A DNA stretch of 32,000 nt, taken from assembly GCA_048938295.1 (NCBI GenBank), contig JBHLMI010000001.1:119449-151448 (forward strand), written 5' to 3'. Below, in pieces: positions 18,105 through 26,115 of the stretch (its first letter is position 1; each line of letters starts with the position of its first letter). Below the pieces are notes generated by a model. It did not search any database, had not been told where the DNA came from, and saw only the letters and a program-made list of their open reading frames with translations. The translations under genes and the position numbers were made by a program. The stretch comes from Promethearchaeota archaeon. Lineage in GTDB: Archaea; Asgardarchaeota; Hermodarchaeia; Hermodarchaeales; Hermodarchaeaceae.

Positions 18105-19055
18105 CTATGTTCTTTTGGTGGTTACGGTGCACCCGTCTTTTTCAATAATGAGGGTGTGCTCGGCTTGGGCAATTGGGCTTTTATCCCGTAATCCCAGCAC
18201 CGGATAGTTATGTATGCAACCTTCTCGTTTTAACTGGCGCAAGATAGAGGTTATCTGGTCTCTTTCGACTAGCTCAGCCATCCACCGGGAAGAGAAGGGT
18301 AATTGGGCAAATTCCACTTTCATCAAACTGAACAGTGACCGTAAGTCTGCACTCTTAGGGTTCCGTGCACGAGCAAAACCGAAGATGTGCCCGGGTTCCA
18401 AGTCATCCACCCTGGGATTGTTGCTATACGTAGCGAAGGGTTCGATAGCCACAACCATATGTTCGTTCAGACGGGGTGAGAGGATGCGTTCTTCTGGGTG
18501 CACAACTGAGGGCACCGAGACTCCAGCATGTAAATTGAATGGCTCGATGCTATGACCAGTAAGGTTTTCAATGGGTCGAGTTTTCATTTGACGCATAGCT
18601 GTTGAAATTGCCTTTGAGATATTCCAGACACGAATCCCTGCCCGGGCTGTCTGAATGGCTGCTTGTAATCCTGCCTCTGCAGCCTTAATGAGTCGTTGGA
18701 GGTTCTCATCCTCACCCACAAGGACAGTCTTTGCAGTGTCAGCGACGTAGCCATCAACATGTGCACCGAGGTCGATTTTGACCAGGGCTAACTCGGGAAT
18801 CTGAGTTCTATCGTCTAGGCTGGGTGTATAGTGTGCAGCATGGTGGTTAACAGAGATGTTGATGGGAAAGGCTGGTTTTCCACCAAGAGACTGAATTTTA
18901 TCTTCTCCTCTCCCAACAATATTAAGCAAGGATTCGCCAGCTTTAACTTGACTACAGGTAAAGGCAAGGGCTTCAGAGGCGATTTTACCTGCGCGAAGTA
19001 GTTTTTCACGGGCTTTTGCTACACTTTCATCATTAGCCATCGCTGTTCGTTCCAT
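18105..19055 (-). CDS. map: Type II methionine aminopeptidase
   Basis: AAHYTP, KIDLGAHVDGYVADTA, NLTGHSI, AIEPF, EHT. Confidence 0.95.
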   Translation of the reverse strand: MERTAMANDESVAKAREKLLRAGKIASEALAFTCSQVKAGESLLNIVGRGEDKIQSLGGKPAFPINISVNHHAAHYTPSLDDRTQIPELALVKIDLGAHVDGYVADTAKTVLVGEDENLQRLIKAAEAGLQAAIQTARAGIRVWNISKAISTAMRQMKTRPIENLTGHSIEPFNLHAGVSVPSVVHPEERILSPRLNEHMVVAIEPFATYSNNPRVDDLEPGHIFGFARARNPKSADLRSLFSLMKVEFAQLPFSSRWMAELVERDQITSILRQLKREGCIHNYPVLGLRDKSPIAQAEHTLIIEKDGCTVTTKRT

Positions 19056-19171
19056 AAGAGCGAATTCATTAACATAGTGGTGAAATTAAAACAAAATGGG
19101 CCGTTGACTTTAATTTAGCTTCTGCTTATAGTTTCGCTTAGGCTCAAAAAGAGTTAAGAATAGACTTTCCA

Positions 19172-21916
19172 ATGGATAAGAAAGGTGGATGTAAGCCACT
19201 TACCCTGGGGGCTCCAATCGTGACTACATTGGAAGAACTGCGCAAGTATTACTCTATGCTCAAAGATGTTAGTTCTAAGTGTCGGACAATATTAGGCGGT
19301 CTCCCCTCTGAAGTTGAAACTTCCCTGGAAGATGTTGGAAGGGAGCTTATAGCGCTTGAAGGGTTTGATCGGGATGCAAAAACAAGCTGGTCTCTTAGCC
19401 CCAAAAAGCGGCGTCTAGTCAAACAAATTGATAAAGAACTTCCCAAACTCGATAAAGGTCTTAATCGGTCATTAGACCTTCACATTGAATTACTTCGAAA
19501 TTACATGGTGGAACTCGAGGAGTTAAAGGCAACCATCATGTCCTTTGACATAAAATTAGGGCGAGACCTCAACAATCTCTCGTTCCCCTCAACGAGAGGG
19601 AAATATGCTGTCGTGTTACCTGTTATCTCCCGGTTTGTGTCTAATTTGGAGGGGCTTTCAAAGCAGCTCCGTGAAGCGCTTCTTAAACAAACGAATGATA
19701 TGCTTGAACAAAATCGGGCCCTTATCAAGACCTACGATCGTTTTGTAGGCATTGATACTAGTGATGTGTCAATTAGCGCGGAGCGAACTTCTGTTGATAT
19801 TAATACAGTTCCAGAACTGTTTGAAATTCGCAAGACCTTGCGGCAAGAGCATGAATATCTAACTAGTCGACGCGGGGAAGTAGTCGATACCTTACGGGCG
19901 AAACTGCAAGCTAGCATCGAATCTTCGCTAGCCCTTTTGGAAACCGCCCGTAGTTTGAATTTGAATGTGCCTATGACCATTTCTACATCCCTTGAAGGGC
20001 TTATGAAGCAACTTGAAGGTGAAGCAAATCTGACGATGCTTCTCGGCTTGGTGCAACAATATGATGGACAGGTGATGAAAGCCTCCAGCGAGATTAGACG
20101 TCAACTACTCGAATTTGCTCATAACCTTAATCGGACACTGGCAAGTGCCAATATCTCCAATGAAGCCAGCTTCCTTCCACCAGCACCTCCTGAAGTCCCA
20201 AAGGAAGCCGATCTAGCGGCCCTCATTGCCAGCTATGAGCGGCTACAAGCCTACCAAACCAATGTTGAAACAGCCCTTCGTTCTGAAACTAGCCGAATTC
20301 TCGATGATTTAACACGTGCCATAAAGCGCAAGGTGCTGCCGAATACCGGTGAACTTGACGCGTTTGTGAAAAAGCAAACGAAAAGCCTCAATAAGGCAGA
20401 CCTTAAGGATCTAGTCAAGATTTATTCAGAAACTTCCGGGCAAATAATTGAAGAGCATGGAAAATTACTGGCGGAAATACGAACCCAAGAAGCGTTGCTA
20501 ACACGTATCTCTGAAACTGCCAGTACCATTCTTGATAAAACCACAATGGGAGCTGCTCCTGCTCCTGTCCGAACCACTGATATTTCGTTTCCTGAGCTAG
20601 TTGAGGCTTATGCACGGCTTCGCAAGCATGTGGAAAACCGTATTGATTTATTCCGCAAGGCTTGGGAACGAGAACTCAATGCTCTCTTAGCGGAAATCCA
20701 GGTTATCAAACCAACCTATCGAGAATCCTTCAAAACAATGGAAGAATTCCTAGAAACAGCAATTAAGCATATTCGTGCTAGCAAGAGCTTTGAGGAGATT
20801 GAAGAGGTTGCTCGTGAAGCCCAGGGTGATGCCCTCTATAAGGCACAAGACGCTATTGAAAACCTCAAATATCGCCTTGACTTGAAACTTCGCCTTGCGG
20901 TCTCAAAACTCATGGGAATGGGGCTGACTATCCCTTCCGAAGTCCAAGCTGCCATCCAAGAACTGACTACCGTGGTTCCTGCCAGCGAAACCTACGAAGA
21001 AGCCATTCGCAAAGCCCATCATATCGTAGAGGTATTTGAGAAACGCATTGTTGGGTACTTCAACCAGACCTTGAATGAGCAGATTAAAGCCTTTTCAGAA
21101 CTCACTAGCGTCTCGGCCAGCTTAGGTATCAAAACTGATACCTTTGTAAAGCAATCTATGAAACTCCAAGATAAGTTGCCTGCCAACATCGAAGAACTCC
21201 CTGACCGCTTTGATGAACTCCGGGAACTACTCACTGATGCCAAGTTGCTCAAGGATATTCGATCCAAAGCCAATGAAGTGTGGCGAAATCTCAACTCTGT
21301 CACCGACCTCCTTGAGCGGCATGGGCAAGCAGAAGTCGTGGTTAAACTGAAGGACCTTCTCGCCCGTGTTCCTGATGCTTTAGCTGCAGATCAAGTGAAT
21401 ACGGTGCTTGAAATCTGTATGGCACTTATTGAGGCTCAGAATAGTGTTTTGGATATTCTTCGAAACATGGAACAAAAAACGGAAGCTGCTTTTGAAAAAC
21501 TCCTTGAAAATACCACCGAATACTATTCGACGATAAGACGTGTTTATGATGCTCGCCCACAAGAATTTAGCAAACTGATCTTCCCACTTGATACCTTACA
21601 AAATCTCCGTGGAAAGTTAGAAACTGTTAATTCTCTTCCTGAATCCATTGATATATTCACCACTATTCGCAGTTTAGAACAACAGTGGTTGGAAAAAATC
21701 AAAGAACTCGACGAATGGCATAAAGCCCTCCGCGTATTCCTTGCTGACTTTAATCCAGCATCACCAAAAGCTGAACGCAATCGTCAACTCAACGAAATCG
21801 AGAAACGTATTCGTGACACCTATTCACGTGAGGACACCGCTAATTACCTCACGTGGGCTGCTCGAGAACTGGCAGCCGTTATGATCGATCAAAAGGAAAA
21901 AGCCAAGAAAAAGTAG
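19172..21916 (+). CDS. 914-aa all-helical repeat protein of unknown function (spectrin-like rod?)
   Basis: Long amphipathic helices broken by short Gly/Pro turns at roughly 65-aa spacing; no TM segment or enzyme motif; 12 nt upstream of the tubulin-family gene. Confidence 0.8.
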   Translation: MDKKGGCKPLTLGAPIVTTLEELRKYYSMLKDVSSKCRTILGGLPSEVETSLEDVGRELIALEGFDRDAKTSWSLSPKKRRLVKQIDKELPKLDKGLNRSLDLHIELLRNYMVELEELKATIMSFDIKLGRDLNNLSFPSTRGKYAVVLPVISRFVSNLEGLSKQLREALLKQTNDMLEQNRALIKTYDRFVGIDTSDVSISAERTSVDINTVPELFEIRKTLRQEHEYLTSRRGEVVDTLRAKLQASIESSLALLETARSLNLNVPMTISTSLEGLMKQLEGEANLTMLLGLVQQYDGQVMKASSEIRRQLLEFAHNLNRTLASANISNEASFLPPAPPEVPKEADLAALIASYERLQAYQTNVETALRSETSRILDDLTRAIKRKVLPNTGELDAFVKKQTKSLNKADLKDLVKIYSETSGQIIEEHGKLLAEIRTQEALLTRISETASTILDKTTMGAAPAPVRTTDISFPELVEAYARLRKHVENRIDLFRKAWERELNALLAEIQVIKPTYRESFKTMEEFLETAIKHIRASKSFEEIEEVAREAQGDALYKAQDAIENLKYRLDLKLRLAVSKLMGMGLTIPSEVQAAIQELTTVVPASETYEEAIRKAHHIVEVFEKRIVGYFNQTLNEQIKAFSELTSVSASLGIKTDTFVKQSMKLQDKLPANIEELPDRFDELRELLTDAKLLKDIRSKANEVWRNLNSVTDLLERHGQAEVVVKLKDLLARVPDALAADQVNTVLEICMALIEAQNSVLDILRNMEQKTEAAFEKLLENTTEYYSTIRRVYDARPQEFSKLIFPLDTLQNLRGKLETVNSLPESIDIFTTIRSLEQQWLEKIKELDEWHKALRVFLADFNPASPKAERNRQLNEIEKRIRDTYSREDTANYLTWAARELAAVMIDQKEKAKKK

Positions 21917-21928
21917 GATTGAACTACC

Positions 21929-23278
21929 ATGGAAGCCTCAGATGAAGGACCACGAGTCGCAGAAGTATTTGCCATCGGGATTGGCGAATGCGGAAGCAAC
22001 CTCGTTGGTGCTTACCTAAAACAAGCCCGAGAGCGAATGCTACCACAGCGTATTCGCGGGTACTTGTGTATGAACACTGACCGTTCAGACATTCAGAAAC
22101 TCCGACAAAAATATGACATTCCTAAAGAAAACACCCTACTCTACGGTGCCTCTGATATTGGGTGTGGAGGCAACTTCACTGACGGGTATAATTACGTGCA
22201 TGACTTCAAAGACGTCATCATGGGCCAACTCACCCAATTAGGGTTTGAGGGGGTCTCTGGATTCATCATCTTTACCTCGTCAGGTGGAGGGACTGGTTGT
22301 GGTGGTGCTCCTGCACTCATTGAGATCCTCAAACAGCGATTCCAAGAAGAGGAGGGACGGCGCATCTTTGTCTACGTTTTCACGGTTCTTCCCTTCAAGG
22401 ATCAAACTTCAGAAGCTCTCAACACAATGTGGTCACTCTCTAAACTCCTCCGTGGTCAGCTCGAAGAACGAGGTGCTGATCTCGTTTGCCTTCTTAGCAA
22501 CCGTGCAATGCTTCGACGGATTCTAGCCTGGCGTGAAGGCGAAGTAGCAGACTTTCTTCAAAAACAGCTGCAAATCGATGTAGCAAAAGTAACCGATGTT
22601 GAAGGAATGGTGCCATCCACTGTTGATGGTGCAAATGCAGCGTCTAAGGCTCAAGAATCTGCTTTCGTGGAGCTAGTGAATCCCTTAGCCCTGCGCTTCG
22701 TCGAGCACATGCTTAGTCCTGGGGTTGTTGAACCCGGTAAGGAAGTATTTCCAACCACCGATATTGCCGACTATGCCCGGAAACTGGACCCAATCGTTGT
22801 GCCCTGTCTCTATACCGACGTCAGCTTGATCCCATCAGCAGGAAACATTCCCATGCAATTGAAGACTATGGTCAAATATGCCGTTGAACATTGCAGCTTC
22901 GCTGAAATCGGGTCTGAGCCATCTGCTTCTTCAACATACTATACCTTCTCTGGTTCTCGTGACTATGCCCGGGCTGAATACGATCCCCATATCAAACAGG
23001 CTCTCCGCCCCTACACGGCAAAAGGTGCTGCTGTTACTCCCTGTTTTGTATCCTATGATGATGACGAGCATCCATCCGACCTGCTCCTCCTGCTGGGACT
23101 CCCACAAATCCCTGAAATCGAGGACTTAGTAAACTCATCGACTGAACTGGTTGATCTCCATGCAGGACCTTCACCACTTCGACGTGGTTGGTTTAAGAAA
23201 TCAAAAGGCGTCGGCGAAGAAGTTCTACGTGCTGCGATTCGAGACGTTGCCGAATTATTCAATCTCGAAATGAAGTAG
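21929..23278 (+). CDS. Tubulin/FtsZ-superfamily GTPase, CetZ-like
   Basis: T1 IGIGECGSNL, T2 MNTDRSD, T3 GCGGN, signature T4 GGGTGCGG, T5 TVLPF, T6 LLSNRAM, T7-like TTDIADY, CetZ-like end LLLLGLPQIPEIEDL. Confidence 0.92.
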   Translation: MEASDEGPRVAEVFAIGIGECGSNLVGAYLKQARERMLPQRIRGYLCMNTDRSDIQKLRQKYDIPKENTLLYGASDIGCGGNFTDGYNYVHDFKDVIMGQLTQLGFEGVSGFIIFTSSGGGTGCGGAPALIEILKQRFQEEEGRRIFVYVFTVLPFKDQTSEALNTMWSLSKLLRGQLEERGADLVCLLSNRAMLRRILAWREGEVADFLQKQLQIDVAKVTDVEGMVPSTVDGANAASKAQESAFVELVNPLALRFVEHMLSPGVVEPGKEVFPTTDIADYARKLDPIVVPCLYTDVSLIPSAGNIPMQLKTMVKYAVEHCSFAEIGSEPSASSTYYTFSGSRDYARAEYDPHIKQALRPYTAKGAAVTPCFVSYDDDEHPSDLLLLLGLPQIPEIEDLVNSSTELVDLHAGPSPLRRGWFKKSKGVGEEVLRAAIRDVAELFNLEMK

Positions 23279-23305
23279 GTGGGACCATAGCGGGGGAGAA
23301 GCCCT

Positions 23306-24316
23306 TTGATTACGGCTGAAGAATTGCTGGAACGAATCCTCATACTCACCACGGTCAACTCCACCTTGATTCATGCCCTCATCACCATCGAAGCTGAAGG
23401 CGATTTGGAGTCGAAACAAATCGACCAGCTTGCCAGCGGAGTTCGAGCGGTGCGAGAATCCGTGAAACGAACTCTAGGTAACTCGGAAAATAACTCAGTA
23501 ACATCTGGTTCTTCATTTGTAGATGATACGATTAAGGTGATTCTCACCCACCTCAAGCGTATAGAAACGGCACTGGATTCGTATTCGAAATCTCGAGAAC
23601 GGAGAGTCCTAAAAGAGGATTTGAAAGAACCCCTCTTAGCCACCCAGCAGCTGGTCACTGAAGCGAGTGCGGATCTCGCTGGTCTTACTGGAAAGCCTTT
23701 TCAGCGACGTCTCTCCATTTTCGACCCAGAAAAACGGCTTCCTCCCATTCAGCAGCTACTGGATAAATACTCGAGTCGAAGCCATCTTCTACTACCCAAT
23801 TATTGGTTTGAATCCTGTCGAGAACTGTTCCGCTACAGTGAGCCCCGAGAAGTGATAATCGAAGTCACACATATTGCTGGACAAGCATTTTACAGCCTTA
23901 TTCGACGATTTCTTGCAGAAGCCCCCTGTGCTGGTCTCCTTCAAGAATTATCGCGAAGAGGAACGCTTGGAAACGATTTGACCAGTCGGGAACAAAATCA
24001 AATTGTGGGGACAGCGAGCGAATTCTACGATCAGCTTGCAAATGCGTTGCAAAAGAATTCAGTCAAAGCGAGTGTCAGTGAGGCAAAACGGGGTCTCCGT
24101 GCATTTGATTGGGGACCTGCTGATGTCGAAAAACGCGTTGTAGGTGTAGTCCATCGTAGTGCCCGAGAACTCGTTGATCAGGCGGCTGATAGTAAAACTT
24201 TGTCTGATTCGGAACGCATCATCCACGCTGAACTCAGTCGCTACCTTTGCGCATTAACTACGAATCTCCATAGTTTACCGCGCTTCAATCAGTTGTTGAC
24301 AGATATGAAGATCTAA
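23306..24316 (+). CDS. 336-aa helical hypothetical protein (N-terminal four-helix bundle)
   Basis: TTG start after GGGGAG, 27 nt downstream of the tubulin-family gene; four long amphipathic helices in residues 1-130. Confidence 0.75.
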   Translation: MITAEELLERILILTTVNSTLIHALITIEAEGDLESKQIDQLASGVRAVRESVKRTLGNSENNSVTSGSSFVDDTIKVILTHLKRIETALDSYSKSRERRVLKEDLKEPLLATQQLVTEASADLAGLTGKPFQRRLSIFDPEKRLPPIQQLLDKYSSRSHLLLPNYWFESCRELFRYSEPREVIIEVTHIAGQAFYSLIRRFLAEAPCAGLLQELSRRGTLGNDLTSREQNQIVGTASEFYDQLANALQKNSVKASVSEAKRGLRAFDWGPADVEKRVVGVVHRSARELVDQAADSKTLSDSERIIHAELSRYLCALTTNLHSLPRFNQLLTDMKI

Positions 24317-24915
24317 GTCGGATAAAGGCGCTTCTTCAATTTTGCCTTACCGGTTTCTACATCATACTCGATTAAATCCGCACGAGAAAGGTCTCCCAGT
24401 GCTTTTCTAATTGCAGTCGCCTCATGCCCTGCGGTCTTAGTAATTTCTTCGCGGGTCATTTCCCTCTTCCGACCATGCAGTAGAAACAGAGTCTTCGCGT
24501 GTGGTTGGGCATAAAAAACATCCTCTAGCAATGCGATGTATAAGGCTAGCAATTCTTGAACAGGAATTGTGGCTTCTTGTTCTGTAACCAATTCCTTGTA
24601 GGTTCTTGACATTTTCTCTAATTGTGTCTTAATTGCGTTGAGCTCGGATTCTAGTGCTTTATTTTTCACCATCAAATCTGTTGTCTGATCCGCTGACTCT
24701 TTCAACTCGCCAATGGTTCTTTCTAATCGCTCATTGGTTGCAGTTTTGTTATCGAGCTCACGAGTTAATTCTGCAATACGCGATTCTGCTGTTGTATTGA
24801 ATTCGCGCTGCTTTTCCAGCTCTTTAATAACATCTTTGAAAATTTTCTGAATGCTCTTAACTGCCTTTGATACTTCAGCTTCGTAATCTTTTCCAGGTGG
24901 TTTCTCGGTTGCCAT
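24313..24915 (-). CDS. Coiled-coil plus C-terminal winged-helix protein
   Basis: Start ATG 24915 after GGGTGA; heptad-rich helix, then QPHAKTLFLL..MTREEITKTAG...IRKALGDLSRADLIEYDVETG; stop overlaps stop of 23306-24316. Confidence 0.8.
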   Translation of the reverse strand: MATEKPPGKDYEAEVSKAVKSIQKIFKDVIKELEKQREFNTTAESRIAELTRELDNKTATNERLERTIGELKESADQTTDLMVKNKALESELNAIKTQLEKMSRTYKELVTEQEATIPVQELLALYIALLEDVFYAQPHAKTLFLLHGRKREMTREEITKTAGHEATAIRKALGDLSRADLIEYDVETGKAKLKKRLYPT

Positions 24916-24983
24916 TATACTCACCCTGCGTTGTCCGTTTACATTTGCATGGGCTTTCTTCTATTTATGGTTAGGGTCTCTTG

Positions 24984-26015
24984 TTACTTCGCCTTCTTTA
25001 ACTTGCGAGTTATTATACGATCGAGTTGAGGTGGCGGTGGAGGGGCTACGATTGATTCTTGAGTAAAATCAAACACAGTAATCATGCCATCTCCTAGTTG
25101 AATCCTAAGTTTCTTTGTTGTATTCACAGTTCCAATCTTGTTGGCTGAAAGGCCATGACGTTCGAAGATGGATAATACTGATTCAGCGTTCTCTGGAATG
25201 GTAGCGACTATAAATCCCGTTGAAATGTACATCTTCAACCAACTAGCGAGGTCAAGCTCCTTTGGTGCAGGAAAAGCTGATAAATCGATGGTTGCTCCCC
25301 TTTGGGCATATTCTAACATCAACAGGGTTGTTCCGATTATGCCACCATTGCTTAAATCCTTTGATGCCGTGAGTAGCTGCTTCTGGGCAAGAACACGCAT
25401 TGCTTCATAGCGTTTGAGAATTTCCTTCGATGTTTTTAGTGCCGTAGTATCCCACCCATACTCGTAATTAGGAGAGATACGCCCTTTCAGATCCACTGCG
25501 AGAATTAAGTCGTCGCCAGGCTGCGCTCCTCCGGCGCTGATATAGGAGTCTCGGGGAACAGTTCCACAAATTGATGCGCTGACGCTATTAATGGGAGCAT
25601 CAGGTGTCGTGTGTCCACGTACAACTTCAACTCTAAATTTCTGTCCTGCCTCACAAATGCCCTCCATGATCTTCACTCCGGCATTCATCTCAGTGAAGGC
25701 AATGTTCACCATCGCTACGATTGGTCGTCCTCCCGCTGCATAGATGTCATTTACGTTTACAAGGATTGCAGCGTATCCAGCCACATAAGGTTTGGATTGT
25801 GCTAATTCGGGAATAACCGCATCTGTGGAAAGCAAAATGAGGTTATCTCCACCAAGGTCGATTGCCGCCGAGTCTTCTCCAATGGAAGAGAGCACATGTG
25901 GACATTTGAATCCCTCATTCCGCAGTATGGTTACCAATTGTCCAATGGGTTGCTTGCGGCGGAGACCCCAGTAGTCCTTGACCTCAGATACAATGGAAGA
26001 CAACTTATCTGACAT
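24984..26015 (-). CDS. AIR synthase-related (PurM/SelD/ThiL fold) protein, sll0787/methanogenesis marker 2-like
   Basis: GEDSAAI, LSTD, VNVNDIYAAGGRP, GHT, ASKDLSNGGIIGT. Confidence 0.82.
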   Translation of the reverse strand: MSDKLSSIVSEVKDYWGLRRKQPIGQLVTILRNEGFKCPHVLSSIGEDSAAIDLGGDNLILLSTDAVIPELAQSKPYVAGYAAILVNVNDIYAAGGRPIVAMVNIAFTEMNAGVKIMEGICEAGQKFRVEVVRGHTTPDAPINSVSASICGTVPRDSYISAGGAQPGDDLILAVDLKGRISPNYEYGWDTTALKTSKEILKRYEAMRVLAQKQLLTASKDLSNGGIIGTTLLMLEYAQRGATIDLSAFPAPKELDLASWLKMYISTGFIVATIPENAESVLSIFERHGLSANKIGTVNTTKKLRIQLGDGMITVFDFTQESIVAPPPPPQLDRIITRKLKKAK

Positions 26016-26115
26016 AGCTATGCAGGCTCCTCAAAAGGAACCGGTGGTGTGGGTTTCGATAAAACTATCGGTTCACAGAGGTTAGCAAAAAACAGCCTAA
26101 GTGTAAAAGGGCTAT

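Noticed and set aside
19397-19414. SPKKRR resembling a CDK site or nuclear localisation signal in the 914-aa protein
   Set aside because: Short motif with no meaning as an NLS in an archaeon; kept only as a possible basic surface loop
21929-23278. Calling the GTPase a true tubulin or a canonical FtsZ
   Set aside because: Lacks the tubulin MREI start, NNWAKG and acidic tail, and the FtsZ GAGA.P..G and N.DFAD patterns; best described as CetZ-like and divergent pending phylogeny
24984-26015. Selenophosphate synthetase (SelD) or evidence of methanogenesis
   Set aside because: No N-terminal Cys/Sec-x-x-Lys motif; the sll0787/marker-2 family also occurs in non-methanogens
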